Shown here: positions 1 through 11,802 of the stretch, one piece after another
Layout of the letters: every line of letters begins with the position of its first letter
Numbering within the stretch: the stretch's first letter is position 1
Assembly (NCBI GenBank): GCA_030704615.1
Contig: CM060734.1
Location: 23,994,001-24,058,000, forward strand
DNA length: 64,000 nt
Reading direction: 5' to 3'
Source of the DNA: Takakia lepidozioides
Taxonomy: Eukaryota; Plantae; Bryophyta
Program-made: the position numbers and the translations under genes
Notes under the pieces: generated by a model
Databases searched by the model: none
Told to the model about the DNA's origin: nothing
Seen by the model: only the letters and a program-made list of their open reading frames with translations

Positions 1-149
1 TTCCGGCCAATGGCCCTTCTTGCGCTGCAGCATGAGGGCCCTCATAAGTTGGGCACTGCTGGCCTCCTTGGCACTCAGCCTGCACCCGTGCCTGGGAGGC
101 AAGGGCCCCCCGAGGCCCAGCACGCCACAGACACTACAAAAGGTGATTC

Positions 150-740
150 CAATACCATGATAGCCAAGCACCCGAATGCGTAAACACAAAGAACACCCCT
201 GCTCACCATATTACAACCTTTGGGCTACCCCCCAACAGTTGCCCAACACTTGCTACAGCCCTATCTAAACTCAAGACTTTCTCCGCCCCACAACTCATTT
301 TCTCACTTGTCGTAACCATCTCCCCTCTACCAGAAATATGCAACGGATATTTTAACTCTCACTCGATCTCCAAAATCCGATCTCTCCTACGTCAACTAAG
401 CTTGATGCCACCACTCTCTACTGAATACATGGCCCCCTCGCACTACTTAGCCGAGATCCATGCTTCCCTCAAACTACTTGACTCCCAAACCGGGGTTGTT
501 CATAATATCTTGGGGGACCAACTGGCATCGGTCTCCACATTGTACCACGACCACAACCACATCACTCGCAAATTCCCATTCCTCTCTATAGACATTATTA
601 CCACCACACTCAATGCAACCACCCCGATACCTGGATACGACCCTCCAGCCACACAAAACAGTCCCACTGACCCCCCTACCCCCCCCTCGCCCAGACATGA
701 TCCCCCCACTTCCGAACTTGATCCTAGTACCCTCAGGGTG
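150..740 (+). mobile_element. Degenerate LINE-like fragment (region just upstream of the AP-endonuclease)
   Basis: ORF 402..920 (MAPSHYLAEIHASLKLL...TTPIPGYDPP) is homologous to 29781..30080 (MAPPHYLFELHTSLNLL...ITPLPGYKPP). The latter copy is followed by an APE-start-like motif, ITSWNVGSL. Confidence 0.5.
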
Positions 741-1724
741 ATGCTATTCTGTGAACAGATCCCGCGAGCAGAAAATTTCGTGAGCAGAAATCTGCTCACG
801 CTTCAGGATCTGCCCACCTATAACCGCGGATGCCTACTCGACTTAGAAGACCTATTACTGCGCAGAGTGGCCAGTATTACAAGCTCGGTTATGGATGCTG
901 CTGGGATGAATGAGGGATGAATGAGGGATGTCTGTCTGTATGATCAATGAGACATGGATGAATGAAATAAATGCAATAATACAAAGTTGTTTTGTAGTAG
1001 TAGCTCCGAAATCCCCCGAGCTCCGAAATCCTTTAAACCATGCTTGTCTTGCTTGCAAATCAATTGTGAAAGTGCAGTGTATATTGCCAACAATGAATCC
1101 ACATTGTTTTGTTGATTGAGGAGGAATTACTTGTCATTTTTCCAGGTATCCAAGGTTGAGAGAGAGGCTCACACCCAAATCTAAGTTTTTCCGTTGAATT
1201 GTCATGTGCTAACAGGGGCTACGAATTAAGCTGGCGTTGAGGACAGCTTAATGCCTGTTTCCCTGCGTACATGCTGATCGGTAAGGATAAATGTTGTAGC
1301 AGTCATCCATGGTTCAATTTTTCATCCCGGGAGTCTAGGCCTCACAAGTTCTGGTTTTGCCCTGATGACATTCAGCGTTGTGTGATGGGGACTTGTCGGG
1401 ATTCAGTCATCACTAAGCCTCAAATTCCAGCCGTGTGGCCAGTGAAGGTGGGAACATGTCTGTCGAAGCAAGAAATTGAGATGCTTAAGGATGTCGGGTT
1501 TCGTCTTCCAAGAGGCCCAACTGTCATAATACCAGCTTCATGTCGGGGTTCGCAATCTGCATTCCCCCCACGTCCACCACATGGGAACAACTGGCCTACG
1601 AAACGAAATAGAAAAGTGGTCCGTCGTGGTGAGGCAGGTCCCAAAAACCAGTGCAAAATGGAGTCAGCAAGAACCCTACATCCATTTATCTTTCGGGTGA
1701 ATTTTTTTGGGGTTGTTGGTTTTT

Positions 1725-1976
1725 TCCATGAATTGTCATGTGGCAACACGTACTGGGAATTAAGATGTCGTTGACGACACCTTAATCCCCACCACCTGCA
1801 CACACACCGCCTTACTGCCAAGGCTTCTTCGCCTTGAATTTTTTTTGGGTTGAATTTTTTTCGGGAGAATTTTTTTGGGGATTTTGGTTTTTCCATGAGT
1901 TGTCATGTGCCAACTCGTACTGGGAATTAAGATGTCGTTGACGACACCTTAATCCCGAGCACCTGCACACACACCA
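1725..1976. repeat. Direct repeat of about 85 bp, 2 copies about 168 bp apart, each with a ~35-bp imperfect hairpin
   Basis: GGGAATTAAGATGTCGTTGACGACACCTTAATCCC occurs at about 1755 and 1922 inside duplicated CCATGA..CACACACC blocks. Confidence 0.85.
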
Positions 1977-2114
1977 TGGTTCATTCACGTCGCTCATTTT
2001 TCATCCAAAAGTCATCCAATATTCATCCATTCCTTTTTTCATTCATCTCAAAACCATTCATCCGACAGCTTTTCATCGCACATTCGTACCATATGGTCGT
2101 CACCCAGCAGCTGG

Positions 2115-2427
2115 TCGTGTGATTCTAAGGGTCCGGGAGGTGTTGCCTTCAGGAGTATTGATTCTGGAGGGTCGAGATGGCATGATATGGAAGGACCATG
2201 TGCGCAATTGTGTGCCATGTCACCTTCCACATGTGGATGGGAGGATAGATCCCAACCTTGCAGTGGTACCTACAGGATTGCGTTGCATGCTATGTGGGCA
2301 TGCTGGTGGTGCCGCGACCATGTTGGTGTGTGACAAATGCTCAAGGGGGTGGCACATGGGATGCTTGACGCCGCCACTTGAGGAGGTTCCTAGTGGAGAA
2401 TGGTTGTGTCCACGATGCCTTGGATAG
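2115..2427 (+). mobile_element. Gypsy integrase C-terminus ending in a PHD finger (5'-truncated)
   Basis: ILRVREVLPSGVLILEGRDG is shared with the integrase end at 14755. It is followed by C4HC3: CMLC..MLVCDKCSRGWHMGCLTPPLEEVPSGEWLCPRC*. Confidence 0.9.
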
Positions 2428-2587
2428 AGGTAGTAGGGCATGGGGGGTTAGGCTCAGCCACCCAGTGGCGTCGCTGCCAGACACGCCACGGCGTCGCATG
2501 GGGAGATATGAGTATTGTTTTCATGTGCAAGTATGTGAGTTTGAGAGAGTTTGTGTGCTTGTATCATTCCTTTCGTTATCATTGTGA

Positions 2588-2843
2588 TGGACTAGTGGCT
2601 ACACTAGTGGTGGCTAGTGGCAGCCTAGTGGTGGACTAGTGGTGACTAGCGGCCCGCGGGTGTCTAGTGGCAGCCTAGCGGTGGACTAGTGGCTACACTA
2701 GTGGTAACTAGCGGGTGGCTAGTGGCAGCCTAGTGGTGGACTAGTGGCTGCACTAGTGGTGGCTAGTGGCAGCCTAGTGGTGGACTAGTGGTGACTAGTG
2801 GTTGTCTAGTGGCAGCCTAGTGGTGGATTAGTAATAGACTAGT
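2588..2843. repeat. CTAGTGG-based minisatellite
   Basis: More than 20 reiterations of (G/A)CTAGTGG(T/C)GG-type units. Confidence 0.9.
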
Positions 2844-2899
2844 GTTTGGTGTGCACATATGTTGTGTGGTTTTGGACAACGATGTAGTTGTGTAGCGAT

Positions 2900-5022
2900 A
2901 TGTATGCGCACGACAAGGATTCGAACCAGCTTCTTGGTCTTGAAGCCATTCCTCCCAAGGGTTTGGATAAGAACACAACATTCACTCCAGGCAAAGTCAG
3001 TGGTGCTGGAAATATACAAAATAGGGAAAGCTTGGGAGACCACCATATTGTAAGACTGATTAACATGTCGGTTAGAAAGGAACTGGATGTATTGTGTGTA
3101 AGAAAATGGCAGCATCCTTCTCTTATCATATTTCCGGAACTGAACAAAGCCAGTATCAGGATTTAGTACACTGATCTGCACATTCATAAAGCAAGCTTCC
3201 AGGCCCGTGTAAGGTGTATCATCCTTGGTTCTTAATAACTCCGGTTTAATTTCCACTACAGTGAGTGGCTATTTCTGTCCGTAGAAGGATCAAGAAATAG
3301 TTTAGTATCACCAACATTCAACCAACAGATGTCATCAATGTACTGGAAGGCTGACTTGAATTTAGCCATAAGTTGGAACTGTCCTAGAGCCGCCAATCGA
3401 AGTATGAATCTTAGTTCATAGGACAAGAAGTAAATGTTACACCATAAAGGAGAACATGAAAAACCCATGGGTATACTAGAAACTTGTTGCCAAACTCGAT
3501 CCCCCAAAGCAACAAAGCAATGAGTCATCAACCACTTGAGGAGCCCAAGCAATCTAGTTTCGAAGAGCTCAATCCATGTACCAGTTTTAGGAGAGGGAGG
3601 TCCCCACCTACACTTCCCGAAGGTGTCATTCTTGGCTGGAATCCATAGTGAGTGATTGGATCGAGGGTGGGCAATGTGGTATTGTCGGAAGGCAATCTGA
3701 ACCACGTATTCGATGGCGACACCCAAATTATCTTCACCTGTCAAAGGTATGTTTTCATAACATTGAGTGATGTCAGCGACAAACATGTACTTCTTTTTGT
3801 GTAGCTTGTAAATTCCCATCATGTAGGGGAGATTACATGCCACTGCTGGTATCTCAGGTAGCAAGTTATGTAATTCTTCAGAAATGCTTAACATGATAGA
3901 ATTGGGTGAAAGCCATATCTCGTTTTCAGAATAGGGGTTGAAATCTTTACCCATCAGTCGGTGGTACGCTTGAGTTCTTATGTGCTTCACACACATAAAA
4001 CACACATTGTTGTTAGCCTTGTCAAGTCCGGACATGTAAAGGTGAGAAAGAAGCCATGTAAGTTCATCCGGTGCTTCTTGCACTATAAAAGGATTTCTTT
4101 CATGGTGATTGAAACGGCCATTGCGTCTGCTGGCTTTTTGTTTCAGTCTATCCCAGCATGTGTTTTTCAACCACAAGCTGCAAGATGACACCCAATCCTC
4201 ACAAGTATCTATTTGTAGAATGTTACATGTCTTGAAAAAAGCAGAGTGGACTTGTTCAACCACATCCTTCAACAAGGTGCGTTTGAGAGGAATGTGATTC
4301 ATACCTAGGCTGAACACTGCTTTCAATCTGTCATGTCTGATGATGTTTAGATCCATGGTACGTACGTGCTGTTTGGGAACAGAGCCAGGTAGATGGAACT
4401 CTATTTTAGTAGCCTCATCACCAAACGCACGAAACCTGTTTGTGCTGTCACAGACGCATTCTGGTGACATAATCAAAACTTGCATGAATTTGAAATCACG
4501 AAAAACAACAACAGGCTGGTAGAATTCAGTACTGCATTGTTTATGATAGGTCCATCCAAAGACAATCTCATCAACAAGGAGAGCAAGGTCATGTTGGCCA
4601 TGAGCCACCAAAGCTTCCTTAATCATGTTTTTAGGGCTTATCCATTCCATACCTCGGTTGGGGTATAACATATGTACGAATCCCAAGGGGGTAGGCTTCG
4701 CCGCATGTGTGATGAATTTCCTGCCATGGGCGTGGGTTTCAATCAGTTTGCAACCGTCCTCCAGTATGTTTAGAGTCTGAGAATCCTCCAGAACTTCAGA
4801 ATCCAGCCCTTGCATAGTGGCAAATGAAGTCACTTGGGGTGACTTATGGCAGGAGGTCAGGGACTGATACACCAAGAAAGCTTGATCTTCATCCTTCCCA
4901 AACAAGAAGTTATATGTTGGACCACTGCCAGTCCATAAGAATCTTGTTAGTAGCTCAACTTGGCAATGAAATGACCAGAAAGGAAGACGGTAGATAATGT
5001 GTACAAACACCACTAAGTACAC
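2900..5022 (-). mobile_element. Penelope-like element reverse transcriptase (Naiad/Chlamys-like), frameshifted and internally deleted
   Basis: Motifs in order: CVC..HVRTMDLNII..LGMNHIP, DKANNNVCFMC, YKLHK, ADITQCYENIP, QQVSSIPMGFSCSP, QYIDD. The thumb (KYDKRR..FLSN..SYNMVVSQ) is in the shifted frame 2828..3256. No GIY-YIG domain is visible. Confidence 0.85.
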
Positions 5023-5299
5023 TGGAAAAGGAAGAATGAGAAGATATTCATGTCATGTCAAGACATGGACAAGACCCACTAGGGTCATTGTCAATTAAAG
5101 ACATAAACAGCCCATGACAGGGCACCATCTAACACTTCCAATCTTGTCATAGCATACCAAGTGACAACACCCATTTAGTCATGATAAAACTGGGTGGGTG
5201 GGCGGGGTTTATTCATGTCCAGATTCCTGACATGTACCCAGGTGACCCTCTTGCACAATACAGGTTAAATTGCAGCCTGAGATTATATCATCCGTAATT

Positions 5300-5965
5300 A
5301 TCCCAAGATATGCATCATGCAAGATATCATGGGCATGTAAGAACAACTTGCCACATTACAGATCCAAGATATGTATACACAAGCATCTTGATGGACCAGC
5401 CTGTAGTTTATCATATTCCAAGCATGCAACCAATTAATCCTCTTGGGCATGACAAAATATAATGCAGCTTCACTCTTTACCATTTGAAGTAACCCAAGAC
5501 ATGCATCATGTAAGGCTCCTTGGGTAGGTAAAGAACAGCCTGCCCTACTACAGATTCAGGATATGTTCATACAAGCACCTTGAAGGACCAGCCTGCAATT
5601 TATCAGATTTCAAGCATGCAACCAAGTAATCTTCTTGAGCATGACAAAACATATTGCTGCTTCACTCTTTGCCATTTGTAAGTACCCCAAGATATGCATC
5701 ATGCAAGGCCCCTTGGGTAGGTAAGAACAGCCTGCCATACTACAGATTCAAGACATGTATACACAAGCATCTTGATGGACCAGCCTGCAGTTTATTGGAT
5801 TCCAAACATGCAACCAAGTAACCCTCTTGGGCATGAGAAGACAGACTGCAACTTCATTCTATACCATGTATAATTGCCCCAAGACATGCATCATGTCAGG
5901 CATCTTGGCATGGAAGAAAGGCCTGTCATATTACAGATTCAAGATATGGACACACAAACACTTTG
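5300..5965. repeat. Tandem repeat, unit about 192 bp, about 3.4 copies
   Basis: The anchor CCCAAGA(T/C)ATGCATCATG occurs at 5302, 5493, 5686 and 5878. Confidence 0.9.
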
Positions 5966-6039
5966 AGTGCCCGAGACCAAGCCTACTTGGCCAAAAAAAT
6001 AAATCATACATTGCAGGTGCCTGGTCTGATGGCAAAATA

Positions 6040-9000
6040 AACCCCAAAATCCAAACTCGCACTGCAACCCTTTGTAGAATGAAATGCTTTAGGTTGAAAA
6101 ATGTCTATCCCACTTCAGATCTGGAATTGCAGTGACAGAAAAGCGATGGTCGTTCTCTCCCTTGCACCTCTCCACGGAAACCCATCTGGTCTTTTGGTTG
6201 TCTGACTGGAGTGCATGAAATTGTAGAGCATGTCATCCACATGCGGTTCATATGGGGGGTTGATGAAACACCCCTGGTCGGAAATTTCAAAGCTGCGAAC
6301 GGAGGATGGTGTTTTGGAGGTGCGAATCCTCCTCAGGCAGATTGCCTTAAATATCTTTGTCTGGCAAAGATGCAAGGTAGGGGTGAGACATGGAAATATT
6401 AAAGGAAGTCAGGCGCAGGAAGGAACAAAACATGGACTGCAAATGAAAACTACAATGGAATGTATTTGTGATGATCGGTGCCGATCATCACAGATGGTGG
6501 TAGAGCAAGCCAGCAGAAACAATTGAAAAGACATTGGGAAACAGTACATAGGAGGGCAGTGCCATACCAGCTGTCCATGGCAACCACCTTTCAGAAGGTA
6601 CAGGATGTTCACACAATTCCATGTCCTCAGAATTTCAAACCCAGACGACTTTAGGTATGATGCCAGTCCCCTACGACTATTCTTGTCACATGACTGGAAG
6701 AGCAAAAGCATTCCTGCATTTGAAAGGAAATTATTGCAGAACCTGAATACCCAACTCCAGTAGTTCTCATCGAATCTATTCCAGGATGGAGTCTTTCCCT
6801 TTGGAGGAACGTCGGGGACAGGCTGGCCGTCTGGGATGTCAAGGATGACCATGTCAGCGGCAAAGGTTTTTTAGATTGATAACTTACACTTTGGCCCTCT
6901 GTTCGCAACCCCTGTGTACTGATGCAGAACCATTTTCTGAGGAGGACCGGGGTGACACTTTTCGGTGTCCACCTTGCCACCGCATTCTCTGTGGTCTTCC
7001 CTCTCGTGGCAAGGACAACCACACATCCACCGTCATCCAGAAGCATCCCCGTCAGCCCAAACCTGGCTTTCCAGTAGTCCTCAGTAAACCTGTTCCAGGT
7101 GGGCACACCATCCAGGCCCTCCAGCAGCTCCCCATCTGGAATGTCGAGGAGTGTTCTTGAATGTACAAGCACTGGAAACTTAGCCTCTTTTAGAAGCTGG
7201 TTACTTTAGGACACTTGATACCATGCCAAACTGATATGGATGGATCTTTCGTGGCCAAATCCGGTCCTTGGTTATATGCCCTCGAATGTTTACCTATTTT
7301 CCAAAACGGTAAGACATTGGTAGATGTGAAGAGAATGATTCGGGCATTGTATTCAAGTTGCTTTAGGATAAATAGTACCAAAGTAACCTGCAGGCCCGAT
7401 GGGATGAGCAATTCAGATTCTTTGTGTTTCCTATGGATGATTGCATGGCATGTAAATCTGATTACAGCCTGTCATGGTAATGATTTCCCTACCCCAGACA
7501 TAGAACTTGGTCTTGGGGCATGGAATAAGAGGTGGGAATATTACTCTACCCTACCATTGAAATTACACACCAGCCCCAGATCTAAAACAGATCATGGGGC
7601 AAAAAACATGGTGTCAATAAGTGACTTGATGTGCGAAATAGGGCAGCTGATTACACCCCGTTGTATAAGCTGCCAAATATTCAGTCCGTAACCCTGCTTT
7701 GGTGATGTTCTCTATGTAAAGAAATGCTCTTATTTTGTTCTTACGCCTTCTACGATCATAAATGGCTTCTTTAAGACCAACAGACATTTCCAGCCATGAA
7801 CAGTGATCAATGGATCTTTATTTGGACATGGATACTTACTGCTCAGTCACTTTGGTATGTCCAATGATACAAAGAACCCAAAACTATACTAGTTCTTGGG
7901 CCAACAATAAATTAGGATGGTTGGTTATGCCTTGGTATGTAAGCTGACCAAAAAATACAGACCGAATGACATGGCATGTCATGAATGGCACTTTTTAGCA
8001 TGCTGAACAACGGTTTCCTGCTATGAACAGTGGTAATTGAGTCTCTAATTTTTCCCACCCAGAGACTTCATTGACTTTGAAGTCTGGGATTTGTCATAAA
8101 GCTGACTTGTGAATGAAGAATGGTTGATAATGAGGCTGATTCGTCGTTAATTTTACAATGACCTTGTCAGGTCTTTGTCCATGTCTCGACGAGACATAAG
8201 TATCTTCCCTCTCTGATTTAGACCAGTGTACTTGGTGGTTCTTGTACACATTATCAACCAATCTCCCTTCTGTTTTCAGTTTTATGTGAACACCGCATAC
8301 GAATGAGGGACCAGTGCTCACCTGCAGCCTACAGGTCCAATTTAAATACAAACAAAAATGAGGGTCCCAACAAAAACCAACATCTACATTGGCATTGACA
8401 ATTTCAAAAGTCCCATGTGAAAGATTCTTACTAGATTAAGAAATGAAATCATGTTATCCCAAGTCGGTGATGGCACCCCTGAGTAACCTTTTTTCCGAGT
8501 CTCCATCATCGCCAGCCATCCCTCATTCACAATCTGCCCTGCCAAGTCCGCACGGGAAGGGTGTGGCTTGGCATCGAAAACGCACTCAATAGTGCGGGTG
8601 TACCTCCCAGCTGTCTCATCTTTCTCTTTGTCCTTCTCCCTGTCCTTCTCTTTCTCCTTTTCCTTTTCCTTCTCTTTCCCCTTTTCCTTTTCCTTCTCTT
8701 TTCCCTTCTCCTTCCCCTTCTCCTTCTCCTTCTCCTTCTTCTTGGACTTCTCTTTCTCCTTGGTCTTCCCAGGTGACTTGGCTACTACCTCCGGAGCCTT
8801 TGGATCTTCACCTTGCGACCCCCCTTCCTGCCTTTCTGTGGAGTTGCCTGCGCGTCTGGCTCCTTGGCGGCCAATGAAGCTATGTTCCTCTGGTACTCTT
8901 CGTCGTTCAAAGGTGCCAGCATCTCCGCATGGTTGTTCAAATACTTCATTTTCTGCTCTTGAAATGTCGTGTGCTCTGGAGGGCAGTCGAGGTACCATCC

Positions 9001-11150
9001 ACAGTCCCTGAAGTGGGCAGGACTCCAGTCCCTCAAGATACCAGCTGTGTACATGGTGGGATCGTTGGCAGGGTCGGACCACATGTCCAGGTAATCTGGG
9101 ATTCCACTCAGGTGTTTTCCTTCCATCAGCACATATTTAGTGTACCTGCGGAGGCTCAAACAAACACCACCCCCAAAACAAGATATCAAAAAGCAGCAGA
9201 TGATCGGTGGCGATCATCACTTTCACATGAGAGAGAATGCAACATGGGTTGGCAAATCCTTATGATTATGTAGACTGCACAACTGGGAAATGTGATGATC
9301 GGCACCGACCATCACTTCATTCATCAGAAACAAACTGCCTATGATAACAAAGGCAGGATTAAGAATGGAAACATGGACATGATCTGCAGTATTCATTTGT
9401 TTGACTGGAGAATATCATAGTAGTGGAAGTGATGATCGGTACCGACCATCACCAAACTGTTGTGTAGCAGAAAAGAAATATTAGGCTTTTCTCAATAAGG
9501 CATGACAAAATTTCAAAGATTGTGATGGATAGGCTTAAGGTACTGCACCTGTACACAACACGCATCATCGCCCACTCCCCTCCAACTTGACTGTCGAAAT
9601 CGTTCGACCTCAATATGTTACCATCCTTGGAGAACTCGCGGAAGAAACAGTACCGCCACGTGATACCTTTCCACTTTCTAATGTACGCCTCCAAGGTCAT
9701 CTGTGGTGGTGAGACCATCGAAATATTCAAGTCCTTCAAATTCTGCTCCAGGACAAGAATGGCGCGTTTCTCCAGCTGCAATGGGAACATCTATCCGAAT
9801 TGCGCATGACAAAGCTATAGGATAATTCATGTACAATAGGCACTTGAATCCACAAATACCTGACTCCAAAATGTGGCCTTGTGAAGCCACTGATAAAAAA
9901 CAATGTCACTTATTCCCTCGACCTTTGTGCCAGGCTGGCTTGTGCTTTTTGGGAACTGATTCAGATCCTTCACCGTCTTATTCGAGTTCCAAATCTCAAG
10001 CCATCTAACTTTTGTCTGGGGGTCGACCATGGAGAGAGCCCGCCTGTGCAATTTCTCCTGTTGCATCTCTGGATGTACATGCTTGTCGTAGTGGGATTTG
10101 ATTTGGAGAAGGAACTCCTCCCCAAGTCCGGGATCCACTATTCTCAATTGCTTCAGGAAGGCGGACATCAGCTTCATCCTCCTTATCTCGTACTCCTTCT
10201 TTATGGCTGCTCCAACACCTTTAGCAGTCCTCAGCTCCTCTGCTGTAGTGCGGTAGTACTCAGATTTCCCCCTCTCGGCGCCCTCCGTTTCTTCTCCAAC
10301 TTCACAATCTGCATGTGAGTCAGCGGCTGTTAGTCGGTGGTATGTACAGACAATGTTTCGTGAGAATACACATTGCATAGTTATGAAAAATTTAACGATT
10401 GGACTTGAAATGCGCACATGCAATTTGAGAGGCAGTGGGGTTTTTAGGATGTCCTACTTGTTCACGTCATGCATAGCTGTCAGAAGTCTCGCGATGTCGT
10501 TCCCAGGATCCAGAACCATTGCCTCCACAGCACAATGCTTGTCCTTGTCTTTTGAATGGTGTTTCGCAATGTACCCCATCCAAGCTAGCAGGCGATGGTT
10601 CCCGTCCCAGACATAGAACATATGGTTGCAGAATTGCTAGGTGTTATGTCCAAGTAGCAGAGAGTCCTCAAACTCATCATTCACATCCTTCCAGCAATCA
10701 TCCCAGTTGTCTGTTATCTCTGGGCTCACTTTTGTGTTGTGACCATTAGTATCCTTCAGTGCGATGTAGAAAACTTGTGCACCCATTCTGTACCCGTGCA
10801 CAAAATCTGTTTCCAACTTGGTAATGTCATGCGAAAGTGGAGGACGAACAACAGGCATGGAGATCATCCGGCAGAGAGGGATTTCATTGAATGCTTAAGT
10901 AGATGGATGGTAGATTGCAAAAACAATCTGATACTTAACTCTAGGCAGTAAGATAACTTACAAAAACGATCATGTCCCTAATAACCTCTTGGGAATTTAC
11001 CTTTTGATATGACATAAGTTCTTTCACCTTGTCAAGGTAGTGCAATTCAGGCTCGTCTGTGTCTTCGCTGTTCTCAGAACTCTTCGTGGAGTCATCCCCT
11101 TCTCCAGAGCCCTTTGCATCTGTTTCTCCCTGCTTAGACTTTACATTTTT
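6040..11150 (-). pseudogene. Multi-exon pseudogene: ParB-like N-terminal domain, helical region, KE-rich linker, beta-class amino-(N4C/N6A) DNA methyltransferase-like domain
   Basis: ParB-like: EIPLCRMISMPVVRP..KLETDFVHGY..VFYIAL..MFYVWDGNHRLLAW (about 10460-10890). KE run at 8620-8760. Two DIPDG..WNRF..YW..L..G.(L/V)(L/V) modules (6568-6860 and 6885-7170). C-terminal PWRGARER (6040-6300). GT/AG-like boundaries and in-frame stops are present (e.g. 10637). Confidence 0.7.
6468..9452. repeat. Four intronic copies of the 24-bp palindrome
   Basis: Copies at 6468-6491, 9197-9220, 9292-9315 and 9429-9452, all between the coding segments. Confidence 0.9.
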
Positions 11151-11215
11151 CTGCATACCCAAAACCCACAAGAGCAACATTCAACTGGTGTTCTGGAAAC
11201 AGACATTTTTAAACA

Positions 11216-11801
11216 GTGATGATCGGTACCGACCATCACTTTGTCTTCTAACAAATGAATGGAAAATCTAGTTGGTTTCCCAATGCACCTTGACTCAGTT
11301 CTCACTATACTGAGATGATCGGTGCCGACCATCAGGATGATGCAAGCGATGATAAGTACCCAACATCACAACAAGACAACACTGGGATGCATACACCCAT
11401 GAGGTCTGAATGTGATGGTCGGCACCGATCATCACTCTTAGTCAAAATCCCTTCTTTCACTCACTGAACTTTTTAGCGAAGGAATGGACCTCGAAGCGAT
11501 GTCAGCCACACATCATCGCTTTTGTGTCACTGCGATTTCTCCTATGAATTATCTGGACCTCTTTCATCCTAAATCTTTACAGTACGCAAAGGGTTGGTCT
11601 CCTCTTTTGGATTCTGGTGTAGTGCCAATCCGTTCAAAAAGTGATGATCGGTACCGATCATCACAATCAGACTGCCTTGGGAAGCACAACCCATGAGGTC
11701 TGCATGTGATGGTTGGCACCGATCATCACTTTCCAGCAGAATTCCGCATTTCATTGTATGAGATTTAGAGCAAAGAAATGGACTTGGAAGCGATGGTCGC
11801 C
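11216..11801. repeat. Cluster of 24-bp palindromes GTGATGATCGGTACCGATCATCAC (7 full copies plus 1 half)
   Basis: Copies at 11216, 11312, 11346, 11412, 11496, 11641 (perfect palindrome) and 11706, with a half copy at 11790. A higher-order duplication of about 295 bp is visible. Confidence 0.92.
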
Positions 11802-11802
11802 C

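Noticed and set aside
5020-5965. Hammerhead ribozymes in the repeats next to the Penelope RT
   Set aside because: I found no CTGATGA...GAAA core on either strand by eye.
6255-6270. NPPY in ORF 6115..6375 as the MTase catalytic motif
   Set aside because: It is not conserved in the paralog at 18.9 kb (HVDSSCDP) and is in the wrong position for beta-class order, so it is probably chance.
8561-9011. Plus-strand Leu/Phe/Ser-rich membrane-like ORFs
   Set aside because: They are antisense shadows of the GAGAAG-rich KE linker.
11216-11801. CRISPR array interpretation of the palindrome cluster
   Set aside because: Spacers are irregular (10-120 bp) and partly duplicated, there are no cas genes, the context is eukaryotic, and copies also lie in introns.
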